DNA from: Podarcis tiliguerta | Taxonomy: Eukaryota | Assembly: GCA_965153285.1 (NCBI GenBank) | Contig: OZ229111.1 | Strand: one strand, 5' to 3' | Length of the DNA: 64,000 nt | Shown: piece after piece, positions 1 through 13,960 of the stretch | How positions within the stretch are numbered: position 1 is the stretch's first letter | Layout of the letters: each line of letters opens with the position of its first letter | Notes under the pieces: model-generated | Database searches by the model: none | Told to the model about the DNA's origin: nothing | Seen by the model: only the letters and a program-made list of their open reading frames with translations | Program-made: the position numbers and the translations under genes

Positions 1-622
1 AGTTGCTGTTAATCCCCCTGCCCCTTAAGGAGCACTGGAGATTTGAACAAGAAAGTCTAGTGGAAAAAGAATGAAATGTTCTATGTGGACTCAGCCCCTT
101 TATGAGATCACATACAGTATACAGTTCTAGAATGGCATGTGCAAGATCTGGAATATGCGGTCCCATTTGAAACAGACGTAGGGAACAAATTTATGAACTA
201 GGAGAAAACTACCACTTGAAAGAGGTGAGGAACAATAAGATGAATCCAAACATTTTGGATCCAAACAATTCAGAAATCCTAAGCACTGTTACCTAAAAGT
301 CCCAGCTTGCTCAGAGTCAGGGCAAATACTTCCCTGCATTTCAGGGAATGATTGGAGGAAATTTAGCTCAAATGTACTAGAACTGTTTCCGACTGAGAGC
401 CTGGCTCTATTCTGCTAGAGAACAGGATGTTGTCCACCTAGTTTAACTGCGCCAGAAATTGGCATATTTACTGAAATACATAGGAGCATAGTGTCACATT
501 AGATCATTTAAGGTAGTGGAGTGCCCTAATAATGTACTCAGGGGGCAACAGAGACTGGCAAGAGGGTTGCCCTGCTCACCAGGTGTACCCTCTTGAACGT
601 TTGACTCCCTGCCAGTGGAGAG

Positions 623-670
623 GTGTTGTTGTTGTTTAGTCGTTTAGGACTCTTCGTGACTCCATGGACC
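623..670 (-). mobile_element. Short degenerate 3' end of RTE/Bov-B LINE
   Basis: (GTT)n-TAGTCGTTTAG...ACTCTTCGTGACTCCATGGACC; same 3' end as the copies at 37959-38053 and 62830-62974, with an internal deletion. Confidence 0.7.
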
Positions 671-876
671 CCCTTCCTCCATACAGAGAAGTAAGTTATC
701 GTGAAATGGGCCAACATTTGCTTTTCTTCCCAATCTCTCACCTTCTACTGAACACCAGTGTGGTTTGCAACACTGTCCTCATAACATATGCAACAATGAC
801 ACCTGAGATGCAACTATTTAGTTCGCACCCTATTCTTGTGTCAGTAATTGGTTCTAAACTGATTTTAATATTGTAT

Positions 877-882
877 TTTATT
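877..882 (-). terminator. Candidate PCBD2 polyadenylation signal (AATAAA)
   Basis: TTTATT on + about 1.5 kb downstream of the PCBD2 stop, with ATTAAA nearby; usage not demonstrable from sequence. Confidence 0.35.
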
Positions 883-1711
883 GTGAAGGGGCAGGTAAAC
901 ATCTGAAATGTTGATGATGATGATACCCACTGAGTACAACTGGGCTTCCACAGTGACTTAATTGTTTTGAAGATCAGAGACAAAGCCTTAATTCAGGTGC
1001 ATTAGGAGGTGTTTGCATACTTTCATCTGCTATTAGTTTTCATAGTAAGTAAATGGCTTACTTTATCATGGGAGGCAATAACATCTCAGTTATGTATTCT
1101 TTCTGGACAATCTAGTTTGTCTTCCTATATCTTCAAAAACTAAGGAGTGGCAATGCCGAATGTGCATATTCACTTTGTACTCCCCACATACCCGCCTATT
1201 ATATATTAAACCATATTATCTATGTAGTTATTGCTGCTTATTTCTCACTGGATGAAACATAAAACAGTCTCATGCTAAAAGCAAATAGCCCCAAGGCTGT
1301 AAAATATGGGACATCTGGCAACAATACCATAGGAATTTGTTTTAGGCGGACATATATAAAGATGAACATTATAAATCCAAGAATTTCCAATAAGAATATG
1401 CAGTTTATGCTAAAGCACTTTGTTACTATCACAATTATACAGAATAAAAAATACACAGAAACAAATTACAGAAGAACTCCATTTACTCATTCAAAATGTT
1501 CACATGATTTTTGCTTCTCATAACACAAGTTGTTTTTTCATTGTTTTTCCCCCCACTGAAAAATATTTTACTGCAATGTCCAGCTTTAAAACCACTCAAA
1601 TGCCTTAAATACCTAACAGGTCTTTTAAGAAAGTCATCTCAGACTACAGTCCCATCCAGGGAGTAAGCCCCAATGAACAAGGTGGGACACACTTCCAAAC
1701 TCTGCCAGCAT

Positions 1712-1761
1712 AGCATGAGACTCTTAATCTTAGGGTGGTGGGTTCAAGTCCCACATTGGGC
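1712..1761 (+). pseudogene. tRNA-Lys(CTT)-derived fragment, probably a SINE head
   Basis: AGCATGAGACTCTTAATCTTAGGGTGGTGGGTTCAAGTCCCACATTGGGC resembles the anticodon arm, T arm and 3' acceptor strand of vertebrate tRNA-Lys-CTT; the 5' half is missing and CpGs are decayed. Confidence 0.7.
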
Positions 1762-2267
1762 AAAAAGATGCAATCAACATGACTTAAAGGAACTTAACCC
1801 TAACTGGATTGTGGCCACAATTCTATTAAGTCCATAAGCCATTATGATTTTGAAGAATGCAACGTGACCTTTGCACACAGAATTAGGTCATGTGTAATGG
1901 CTGGGATCCAACAGTCCCATGCATGAGGATGGTGAGTCTTCTTTTTGGTGGGGTGGGGGGGGGGTGTCATGAGGAGCTACAGTGTGAAATGGGTGAGCCT
2001 GAAAAGCATCAGAATTTCCATAGAAATTGGAAAGGGCCTTTTAATCTCTCAGCCTTTGAGGTGCAAGTTACTACAGGTCAGGTATCAAGCAAAAGCTGCG
2101 GTTACAAATAATGCTTATCACCATTCAATGCAGTATCAGAAATTTGGGCTGCAATTCTCAGGTTGATCTGTGTCTTCTCCATTACAGGATATGAGGATAT
2201 GCCTAAGGTATCTCTCTTTCCTTACTCTTCAGCCCCGGAAGCAATGGAGAAATTTGAAATCAATTTT

Positions 2268-2270
<3 letters not shown>

Positions 2271-2298
<28 letters not shown>
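2271..2298 (+). repeat. (AG)n microsatellite in the PCBD2 3' UTR
   Basis: Direct reading. Confidence 0.95.
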
Positions 2299-2304
<6 letters not shown>

Positions 2305-2380
2305 ACAAGCGTCTCATAACAATGCAAAGAAAAATATTTTGAAGGAAATGCTATTTTGTGATGATTTCGGCATTCATTTG

Positions 2381-2476
2381 TTAGACAGATGCAGCAGCTT
2401 TGTCAATAAACTGAGCCAGCTTGACATCTCGCTTCGTCAGTCCACCGCAGTCATGGGAAATGAGAGTTATCTGGAC
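2381..2476 (-). CDS. PCBD2: PCBD2 exon 4 (last coding exon)
   Basis: CAG acceptor, then [34 protein letters not shown]; matches the DCoH2 C-terminus including the SHD histidine. Confidence 0.97.
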   Translation of the reverse strand, partial: VQITLISHDCGGLTKRDVKLAQFIDKAAASV

Positions 2477-4373
2477 CTGTTTTAACAAGAGAAGAAGAAA
2501 ATATAATTCGCCAGCCCATGTGGTCTAATGCAGACTGACCAGATCCGGATTCAGCCTGAAACTCTTTTACACACATCTTGATTTGTATATTTACAAACAG
2601 TTGGTTTAAATAAATAAAAAAAGACCTGTCTGATTGTAAATTGGAATGGCACGGCTTTTTCAAATAAAAAGGCATCACATAACACAGCTGTCAGGTGAGC
2701 AGCCTTGAGAGAACTTGGAGACTAACCAAAGAGAGCTCCAGCGCAGAGCACAGAGAACACTTTAGGGTTAGGATTCTTGGGCGTCTTCCAGAAAGAGGTG
2801 TCCAATTAAGTTACTCAGTTTGGGGGGGGGGGGGAGTTGCACAGATTGATTTCACAAGGAAATCAAGTCATTGACTCAACTGCAAATGCTAAGTTGTGCG
2901 ACTCAAACCAGAATCCTAACGGTGAAGTGCTGGCAATACTTTGCAGATCAGCCCTGAAAGGGAAAACAAACAAGATTGGTCCTTTAATGGTAAAATACAG
3001 CTGCCTGCAAGGAATTATTGACACCTCCAGAATGGAATACTACATGCTACTTTGCTAAATTTCTGTTAGCCAAAAAAAAAAAAAAAAAGGTGGAGGGAGG
3101 TAAGTGATAGAGCCTTTAAGTCTATATGATTTTTGTCTAACTCTCAGATATGAAAACTGTGCCGGAAACATGTTTAACTCAGACTTCTTGCTTTCCAGTA
3201 CTACTGATTATCAATTTTCAATAGAAATATAGGAGTCTGTTATTATCAGAAATGATGCTGTGCATATTGCATTCATACAAGTCACCCTTAGATTTGGTTA
3301 TATTTACCTGCAAGCAAACCTTTCTCACAGTGCAATGTGAACACGTAGCAAACAGCTTTTATAATGCCCAAATCATAAGCACATAAGTTTAAGATCCTTC
3401 TCTGAGACTTTCATTTCAAGTTGCTTTCTCACAGATTCCTGCCCCCTTCACAAGTTTCCTATCCCTCATTTCAGAGCTAAGAGGCATGTTTTGGTTGTAA
3501 GTTGCTTTGGGTTGCCCTGGGCAAATTTAATAAATAATGCTAATTGTGATTCTACATTTCCTAAGAGTCTGAATTTCTGATTTCTTAATTTGTCATTAGA
3601 TTTGGAAAATTTTAAAGCGAAGAGGTCTTAATTTTCTTTTACTTTTAAGAGGTCTAAAGAGAAACCAATTTTAGAGATCTACTTTGGAAGAAGGATTGCA
3701 GCTCATGGTGTGTTGTAGGGTCATCCTAAACTCATGTATGGCAAAACAGGTTTTGAGTTGCTTTCTTCAGTTTTTAAAAAAAGCTGCACAACTTGTCTGA
3801 CCCAAAGTAACAGCGAGACAAAGGAAATAGGTCTGTACAACTTGAGTGAGGAATCTATGGCACTCCAGATGTGGTTGGTCTTCAATTCTTAGCAGCCCCA
3901 GCAACACAGCCAATGGTCAGGGACAATGGGAAGCACCATCCAACATCAGGAAACTCACAGGCTCCTCACTCCTGATGTATGTTATGGGGGGAAAAGGCCT
4001 CTCTCAAACGTCCAGCTCTTAAAACCACCATCTGTTTCCAGCATTAGATATTTAACATATTTACACAAATGTCGTCCTCAGTGTGCCATACATGATTTTT
4101 ATAAAGATGGAGTTAATATCTCTCAAGCTGCCCTAGAAGTACTGGCACCTTAAAATCAGCAAAATATAGTCTTGCTGCTGGGAGGTTAACAGAAGCAAGC
4201 AAGACTCTGAAATACCCTGTTGTGAATGGAGGAAGCACCTTTCAGGAAGGTGAGAGCAAGCGTAGGATAGCAGAAACAACAAATAAGGCCAAGATTCTGT
4301 ACTCACATTTCCAGGCTGTTTTTCAAGGAAGACCAGCCAATGAAAATAAATACATTAAGGTGCAGTTCATTAC

Positions 4374-4454
4374 CTTATTGTATACATTAAACCACTCAGG
4401 GTGGTGATTCATCTTCTCGGCCTGAAGAGCAACACGAGTCATAAAGCCAAAAGC
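4374..4454 (-). CDS. PCBD2: PCBD2 exon 3
   Basis: 81 nt, AG/GT flanked; [27 protein letters not shown] with the pterin carbinolamine dehydratase HHPEW motif. Confidence 0.97.
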
Positions 4455-4569
4455 CTGTGTTAAGAAGAAGAAAAATATTTAAAGGTATTATATGCTTTGC
4501 TGATGTTTCCCTCCTTATGGGAAAACTTTTTTAAAAAAACCACCCGCATTAAAAAAACAGTTGTAAAAA

Positions 4570-5000
4570 TAGCCTTGCTGGATCAGGCCAGTGGCCCATC
4601 TTGTCCAGGATCCTGTTCTCACAGTGGCCAACCAGATGCCAGTGGGAAACCCAAAGTTATGACCTGAGTGCAACAACATTCTTCTGTCCTACGGCTTCCA
4701 GCATACTGCCTCCGACTGTGGAGCCACTGTGGATGATAGGCACGGATAGCCTTATTCTCCATAAGTGTGTCTAATCTTCTTTTCAAGCTGTCCAAGTTGG
4801 TGACCATCACTGTCTCCTGCGGCAATGGGCCTGCACAGTTTAAATGTGCACTGAATGAAGAAATCATTTATTTTACCTGTCCTGAATCGTCACTGGATCT
4901 CCACAAGTTCTAGTCTTACAAGAGAGGGAGAAAATATTTTCACAATCTACTTTTCCCCATGCCGTGCATAATTTTATACACTCCTATCATGTCTCCTCCC
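4570..5000 (-). mobile_element. CR1 LINE 3' fragment
   Basis: Minus strand encodes GDMIGVYKIMHG, typical of the CR1 ORF2 C-terminus, followed by a CR1-type 3' UTR; boundaries approximate. Confidence 0.7.
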
Positions 5001-5624
5001 TTTTTCTTTTTTTTACATACATATGCCACTTTTAAGTTGTGCAAGAATAGTGGAAGGGAAGGGCAACTACAAAACAAGGAAGATGCTGAGAAAAGGCCTG
5101 CAATAGTTCCAATGCAAACAAAGCCCAGCATAACTTCACTTGAGGAATAGAAGCGTTAGCTGAGAATTCTCAACGGCCATTCAATATTTGACGGTGAGGT
5201 GGAAAAACATAGCAAGCCCATTCGTATAATAATCAAATCTCTCAAGTTACATCCAACATGAGTTATACTTAGAGTAAACCCATTGAAACGAATGGACATG
5301 ATTAGCTTAAGACCATTAATTTCAGTGAGTTTACACTGAGTATGACTAACACTGAACATAGGAAATATACTTTAGGGGTTGCATTCAAAGTGCTTCAAAT
5401 GGATTGTGTTGTAGATAATGAAATTCTTTTGCACATAGAACAACTTCTGCAAAAGCAATGGAACTTCGCCATCCAATCTGCTCTGGGGGATCCGCCCAAC
5501 CCTCTGGAGAATATTTGAGAATGGTTGGAGGGGGGCATGCAGGGGGAGGGAGGGGAAATTTCATTTTATGTGTGCAATGATTTGGTTTGATACATTACCT
5601 CAGCGATTCTTACAAAAGCTCTAT

Positions 5625-5659
5625 ATTACTATTACTACTACTACTACTACTACTACTAC
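5625..5659 (+). repeat. (TAC)n microsatellite
   Basis: Direct reading. Confidence 0.9.
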
Positions 5660-6959
5660 AGTTGTTGTTGGTGGAAGGGAAACTAAGACAATATTATTTG
5701 GCTTATTGACCACCTAGTGAGTTTGTGGCTGTTGTGAGATTTGAGTCAGATGCTTCCGCACACAAACTCTTATCTGCTAGGCTACACCAGCATGGCTTTG
5801 TGTGAATCTAACTCTGTAACTTGACTTCCAATACTGAAGTCAAAAGTACTACTAATAAACTAGTGTAAAGATTATTTTAAAATAAATTTATCTATGATGT
5901 ATTAAATATGTTCTTTAAAAATATATCTTTATAAATTTACCATCTAACCATAAATCTAACTGAAATCTCATTACAAAAGGGCCTGCATAGAAATATGTTC
6001 AATCCTACAGCAGCAATTTTGAATGCGCATATAATCAAGAAACAGCATAATGGTCGGTAATAGTTCCAGTATTTTTTTCCCTCCGCCACTGGTGACTGAA
6101 TGAAGTATGGCTTTGCAAACCATTTTGTCAGCAAGATGAATGCAGTCATTACAATCAGGGCAAATTATTCCAATGAAGTTTTTCATTTACAAATCACCAA
6201 ACTGTCAGCAATTGAAACGGTCAGGAGCGTTCCAATACGGGTTTCCTTGACAGTCTTGTTTCGTCGCAGCTTCAACCTAGCCATGTTTACCCGAATTTAA
6301 GCGCCACTCAGTTCTACAGGACGTGTTTTCCAGTAAACGTGAACAGAAGTGCAGCCTTTATTTCACTTGCACTAAATGGTAATGTTTTCAAAACTTTGTA
6401 AAAAGCAGTTTTGAAACCTTTGTGAATAATGTAAGTGCTCAACAGTATTTATGCAAAAGGCTTCCATAACTATGTTTAAATACCAACTGTACAAGTATTT
6501 TAATTTAATATTTGCTTTCTTCAACATATGGCTGGCTGTTGTATATGGTCAACTTCCTTTGTTTTTATAAGCAGGCCAGGGCAAGCAAATCAGAGGGTAA
6601 ATGTTAGTTGGTAGCCATCCCGTAGGGAATAATTCAGCCATTAGAATGCAGGCTAAACTTCACCGGACATAATCTAGGGAGAGTTAAGAACAGGCAAGTC
6701 TCATTCAAATAAAAAAAGTAATATTAATCAACTTGAAGTGCATTTGTAAGATGCTTCAAAGGTTACATGGCACATTTTAAGTAAATGATTTGTTCCTCTT
6801 GTAAGGACTGTTGATTTGCACATATGTAGTGTGGAATATTGGAGTCTTCTGATCAGGTTTACATGGACGTGCAAGAGGCACCAATCTTGGTTACAGTCCA
6901 TTTTAAACACGTACAGCCATCCCCCTATTGCATACATTTTGTACCATGAAAATGAGAAG

Positions 6960-7400
6960 CAGGTCTGTTGAAGTAATTTCAGCAGAGCAATCTCCATTAA
7001 GCCCCCTAAATACTTCCCTTGCTAATTAAATGAAATTAGAACTTTATTGTTTATGGATCACCTTTTGTATCTGTAGGCCTGTAACCTTCCTTTTATAAAA
7101 TACAATTGGCAGTGGAGGGAGAAGCTATTTAGGATTGATTATATATGAAAACATTATTACATAATCAGTTTGGACATTTCTTCACGTCTTGAAACATAAT
7201 CAGTAATTGGGTGTAATTGGTGATCAAGGAAACTATCTGGTGATCAATTAAAGTAATTACCAGATTCCGGCATCACGGCCAATCTTAATTTGAGCTGGAG
7301 TCTGCACTTCTTCAACTTTAATTTAAAAGAATGAATATTATTAAGCAGTCTGCGAGCCAAGATCATGGTCAAGCATACGTGATATGGCAGTAGTGTCAGA
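6960..7400. promoter_or_regulatory. Candidate developmental enhancer (homeodomain-site cluster) in PCBD2 intron 2
   Basis: Repeat-free; TTTATTG, TTTATGG, TTTTATAAAA and many TAATCA/TAATTG/TAATTA sites; conservation not checked. Confidence 0.5.
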
Positions 7401-10400
7401 TTCGTTTTGGTGAGTTTTGTTTGCCAGCAAGCCGCTTCATGTTGGAAAGTGTTTTGTTTATTCTGAAAAATACCACCATGGCCTTGACCTTCATTTCAGC
7501 ACCATATCTTTCTAGTTTACCACAATGGGAGTATTTTCATATCCAGATTTTTAAATCATTCATCAGTTTCAAAAAGCAACTCAGTGGAAAACAAAAATTA
7601 GCACTGTGATTCTTTTAATAATGAGAGCCACTTTAAGGCCAAGGTGTCTCCTTATCCCACTGATTGAAAGTGAAAAATAAACCCTGAAAAGGTTTGTTAG
7701 GGATGAAAGGCAATATAAAAATAGTTTAAAAAATAAATAAATAAGGAAGGAAGGAAGGAACCAAGCTAAAACTTCCTAAAAAATAGGTAAAATGAAGCCA
7801 AGGTAGAAACATTTGAGCAAACTACTCATACACAGCCCAAGCCTTGGGCCAGGAAGACTAGAAGTGTGCAGAATCATGCAGACTCATGTCATCCATGAGG
7901 TAAGTGGAAAAGCCATGAAAGGTCATTGGCTTCTACTGTGATCTGGCACTTGCTAGGATGAAGAAGAGGGTGTGGTTGTGTGTGTGTGTGTTTAATTTAT
8001 GAATTGTTTCCCAAAGCAATATACAATAGTCCAGGATTTCAACTCCACACCTTATCAGCAGAACTGGCCCAAAGGATAAAGAGGAGAGGGAGAAAAGTTC
8101 TTGTCTCTCTCAGTAAATGCACTCAATGCCTTTCTAAGGAAGCCCATATGAGATATGTTCAAATACAAATGTCTGATATGTCTGATTTTTCACAGAGAAT
8201 TTCTCATCATCCTCAACATGCTCCAACTAGGTTTTTTTAGTTGCAACTCCAGGAAACTATGACACATTACACAAAACCGTATTTTTTTATATAGCATATG
8301 CAGTGCACAAGCCCTAAACATCAGTAGACCTGATACCTGAATGGGGTTAGCATATTCATTCATTCATTTATATTTAGCAAATTGATGTGCACTGCTTACT
8401 AATGTAATTAAGTGGTGTAACAAACATTGCAGCCTACATTACAATTCCTCCCTCCTTCCCATATCACAACTGGGTGCCACTTCTTGATTCCTGAAGAGGG
8501 TTAGATACTTGTTTATCAGAAAGCAGCTTTGAGAAGGCTTTGTGCCTTGAAAAGTCAGATAAATAAATAGCCATTTCCAAAGGTTTCATCACACTCCAAC
8601 ATCATACTTCTGGTCATGATAACGACAGTGATTTGGCTAGAATTATTCTAAAGTGTTTTGTTTTTAAAGCACAAGCACAAAAATACAGACATTAAAATGT
8701 TCTGTCACATCTTTAAGAAGCAAAAAAAAAAAAAAAAAATTAAGTAAGTAGCTAGAAATGCATCCTTAAAAACCATAAGTAATAGTCTGCATTTACAAAA
8801 AGATGGCCTTGATAATCTAGTATTCCCAATAAAACTGAGCTGAAACTTCTCTGAAATGACGGCAAATTCCTCTGTTGTGGGCAAATACAGGTAGTTCCAT
8901 AAATGTGGGATCCTAAACATGTTGTGTTGAACTCAACAGGACTTGCTTTCTCATAATGAACATACTCTAAGAAAAACAATCTGGGGATGTCAGAAAACTG
9001 TTTTTATATGCGCCAGATATATGAAACATACAACATCCATATGCTGTGGCAATGTTTTTATGCTATCTGCATTTGATGACATCATTGTGATAAATCTGTC
9101 CAAACAGAAAAAAATGAAAGGACATTTTGTGCTACCTTCTTTGCACTCAAAATCACCAAATAGCTATCAGAGGAGGACACTGTGTCTGGGGTAATTTGCT
9201 ATTACTCTTAGATCAGGAAATAAAATTATTCCAATACTTTTTTAAACTAAATGGCTCCCAAGATGCTAGCAGAAAAACCTCTTCCCCTCATGGAAGGACT
9301 GCTTCCAACCTAACAGAAGACAAGTCATTCTGCACAAAATTGTCACAAAGTTTTTCTCAAGACCTTCTATAGCTCACTATATTTTATATAATACAGCCTA
9401 CACCTCCCCTATTTACCATGTTTCTCATACTGTAATGCAATTCACCAGGACACTGTGGTAGTATACTACAAGTCATACTCCTCTAGCTTGCAGAACAACT
9501 CTTATGCATTTTCTCCATCCACCTGGTTCTTGGGATCCAAGCCAATGATTTTGGAAGATGTTTATAAAACTTATTAAGCAATTTATCCAAGCAATGTAAA
9601 GTGCTATGGGTTGTTTGAATTAGTTTTACATGCAAACTCAGTTTGTTTCACTCCAAACAATGAGATAAAGCCGAGGTTTGTTATTGGCTTAACACTCATG
9701 GTTTATTTGGAGAAGGCAAATCATGAGCCCTGAATTACCATTACTTTGCTCCAGGTAAGAGAAATGAAGTGGATGTGATTTTCTATCTATGCACCAGCAC
9801 ACTTCCTCATTCATCTTTAGCCCTAGTTTAGGTGCAAGCAAGGGCAATATTGACACATAAGTCCACCACAGCCTTTCGTATTGCTCAGATACATTACCAA
9901 GCTTGATAAGCATTTCTTAACATGTAGGTAGATTACCCTTACAACTCTACAACTCTATGATTCTATGTTTGCTTTTATGTTGTAAAACGATTTCTGCAGC
10001 ACACATCCTATAACATTACTGCAGCAAACCATTATTCTGGTCCCATTTTGCAACACATATGCATACTATTCACTTCTAAGGATTCATACAATTTCTTTGG
10101 GAAATGGAACAAAATTACTGAAGGCCATGCTATGTTTAGAAAGCTACACACTTCCTAATTATCTTTTACTTAGCTTTGACTAGCTTCATAATATTCTCTT
10201 CTTGTGCCAATGACAATTACTATGTCCAACACACACAGCCAAAATCAATAAGACAGTTTTCTAAGTAACCGGGTATAAAATGGATCGGGAATAGATGTGT
10301 TATATAGGTCTCCATTCTACTTTCTACAAATAATTTATCAGCAAATCCAAGTTACGTGCTTCAATGCCACTCATCAACATTGCATGCCACTTCCCACATA

Positions 10401-13400
10401 TAGGAACTCCTTGCTGGATCAGAACAAGTGACCAGCTAAACCAACATTTTGTTCTGAATAGTGGCCAACCAAATATTTATCACAATCAGGGCATGAAGGC
10501 AACAGGCACCCCTAGAGTTGTCTATCCACAAACAGAGGATGTGAGTGGATTTCATGCAAACTGTACACTGTTTAATCCTTGGGTTTCCTTTTTCTGATAT
10601 CAGATCCATCATACCAAGAAAGTTTCATCACAATGAAGATGGATCCGAAATTTGTTTAAACGAACTGTGATATACTGACACTTCCTAAAAATTACACTCA
10701 GTTATGATTAATTCCTCTTTTCTCTGCAAATGACTCCTACTGGGTTACCTTGGTTTACATTTATATACACAGAGTTGATTCTGTATATAACATCATATTT
10801 GGAGAGACATGCTGCCTGCTTGCCCTAGTAACACTGAAGAAAGAGGAAAACTGCAATAGTCTGGACAACCAGCCTCCTCTAGGAGCCTACCACATCCTAG
10901 GAGGGGGTGGGGGGCATCAGGGCATTCATGAAGATAAAAATCCGAATTTTTGCACTTCTGAAAAATACAAAAGTACAGTTATAGCTGTATGGCATCAACG
11001 TGCAACTTTCACTTCATTTGCACACTAATTCATGTTGGGCTCCAAATTTAGATTCTTCCAGTAGGGCAAAAAACAAGGCATGCCACATTGGAACCTACAG
11101 AACTTCTGGTATCTGCCTCATCACAACTTATTCATATAAAACAGAGACTTTGTTCTTTTTGTGCTCAAGGGCAGGTTAGAGACCAGTGTTCAGATACTGA
11201 GCTCTACACCTCAACTCTGTATTTTTCTAAGAAAATTAGAAGAACTTTAAAGAAAATATATGGGGCTTTGCCCTTTTTACTAGGATTGTAGACTGCTCCA
11301 TAGCTTCCACACTTGTTTACAATTATGCTGGTGAAGAAACTAGCTAGCCAGCTCTATATCAAACATTTTGACAGCAAAAGCACAAACACTGATCTATTTT
11401 AAGTAGTTTGCCACTCTGTGTAATCTTGTAAAAGCCATTCTTGCCTTTGATATTTAGACTGTTTACACTAAGTATGTTATTCAAACAATGTTTTACATAT
11501 TAACAAATAATGTGAACAAAACTTCACGTTATAGCAAATTCTTTAACAACTGTCCTGCCAAAATGCTGTGATTTTCCTATAAAATTATTCCTATTTGTTG
11601 ATCTTACATTGGATGAAACATACTGTAACAATCTTCATAATTTATGTCCTGTTGGGACACCATGATTTAAAGTAACATAATACAGACCAGCACCACTGCT
11701 AATCTAAACCACCTGACCAGATAAACAACAGCTTCCCCCTCTCTCTTCACTGAGGGCATTTCTGTTTATTGTCATATGATTTGCTAATTTTCAGGACATG
11801 AAGAATAAATGCAGCCAAATCGAACTGTGGGTAAAAGTAATGGCCAGTTACACAGTATTTTCACATGCAGGTATTAGCACAACGTCAAGAGCTGCAAGAG
11901 TGGGTAGGAGATATATAGAGAAAAGATTAGTTTAAATCAGTACGCTTTAATTCTTAAGTAGTTTTGGAAGCTATGTATTTCCCAAATAAATAGAAGTAAA
12001 GACTAGGTCCAGCAGCGAGCAAAGGAGTGGGAGAAACTGGTCGGAAAACAGGTGGAAATGTATGATTTACACACCAATGATATTAAGTAGGTGTGCAAAT
12101 GAGCGGCCCTTACACTCCGTTACAGTAGTGAGGAACTAAGAGTTTAAGAATATTTTACCATTATGTTTTTTATTACTGTGTCCTATCTTAGAGGTTTTTT
12201 CAGGTCAAAAGGGAGGTTTTCGATTCTCTTATTGATAAAGAAATAACTAGCAACAATTAAGCCCACACTCTCCTTTAGTGTGACCTAATTTTGCATGGTC
12301 CAATTCCACAGGTGAACCCTGATTTCCACTGACTCAAGATGCATTCACTTCTTACATAACTATGCAAATGCCCAGCTTTGAGGTCTTTTACACAATCAAG
12401 CGGTGTATTAAATTTTGTGAAATAAATGAATAAAGTAAGTAACAATAAATAACATAAGTAACAATAAATTTACATTCAAAAGCAACTTGCAATTATAAAG
12501 CATGAACAAAATTCAGCTAAGAAGCAAGCTTGGATTCTATAGCCAGGATCCAATGAACCATGCAACAGAGCCCAGAGGGTCTCAAATTTGTTTCTCTCAA
12601 ACAACATTCCTTCCCCACACCCTGTCCAATGCCAAATGACAAACTGCCTTTGATCTGAAGGGAATTTCTAAAAAACCATTTTGATATAGCATGAAGGTCA
12701 GCTGTTTGGGAGGGTGGGATTGAAAGTTCCACGCACAAGCTTTTAAGTGAGCAGAAAGTAGCTATTTGGACCCTCGCCCACATTTCTGGCAAAGAGACTC
12801 AGAAATCATGCTAAACAGGTAGGAGCCTTGATCGTTAAACATACTGCACAGATGCTGCTTTATAAAGCCATACTTTGGGGGGGGGTTATATTTCTTCATA
12901 ACATAACACAAGTTTTTACAGCATTCTCCAGCTTCACAAAAAGGTTTGAAAGTGATGTTTTTCTTTTTATTGCTTTTTATTTGTAGTATTGTCAAAAAAA
13001 AAAAGTGTGTCGAAGGAAACAGCAAAGAAGAAAGGATGTAAGATGTTCCATGTGTTACCACAGGGTAAATATCACTTACCAGCTGACATCCCACTACCAT
13101 CTCCTTTCCCCGGGTTAGTTATCATGCTTTGTGCTCAACAAGCAGCGGGGTGGGAAAAAAGATGTCACTTGTATTAGGAAATATGCCTGTGCGGTCATGG
13201 AATGTTTTGTTCTTTGTTTTAAGTAAATGGACTTCCAGCACTCAGCCAAAATATTCTGTTATTCTATAAGCTCTAGCAGCAAAACACCTGCTAAAGCAAT
13301 CATTGGCTTTAAATAATAAAGTCTCTGTGTACAATTCAAAAGGACAGAAAGTTCATTTGTTCAAACACACTCAAAGTACTACCTTATTGTACCTCTCAAA

Positions 13401-13784
13401 GAAAACTAGACATTTCAGGCCCTTCTTAAAGTCGTTCTGATTAGAATATGTACTTTTAAACTGTCAGCTCACATGATTTTTATTCACCTGCGATTTCTGA
13501 ATATTACACAAACTTCACAGCTGTGTCAAGCAGAGCATGTCTGAAATTGTAAACTCAAGGAAAAGTGCAGTAAGATTATAAACCCAAGCATCTTGCTCAC
13601 AGAAATGCCCCTTCCCCACAAAGGAGGGCATGAAAGCACAATGGTGTATGGCAACAAAGATCCTAAAACAAGAAAGAAGTATCCACACAGAAATTCATGC
13701 GTTTATGAGCAAAGAAATCCAAAGAGGGTGGGAGAAGTACAGGATGTGTATGTTCCCCTTTTCCTTTGCTCTGCCAGAATTAGG

Positions 13785-13960
13785 ACAGTAACACAGGAAC
13801 CTTTCACCAAGCCAACCAATTGGTCCATCTAGCTCAATATTGTCTACAGCGATAGGCAGTGGCTGCAAGGTTTCAAACAAGGGACATTCACAGTCCAACC
13901 TGGAGACTTTCTCCATGCAAAATAGATTATTTGCCTCTGAGTTACGGCCCTTCCCCAGAA
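13785..13960 (-). mobile_element. Degenerate squamate tRNA-related SINE (Squam3-like)
   Basis: Reverse-complement similarity to 18766-18928 and 44790-44958; boundaries approximate. Confidence 0.55.

Noticed and set aside
1712-1761. Functional tRNA-Lys gene
   Set aside because: The 5' acceptor strand, D arm and A box are missing and the stems are mutated.
1-2300. CATSPER3 exons expected from synteny downstream of PCBD2
   Set aside because: No recognisable CATSPER3 coding sequence; the gene probably lies outside the window.
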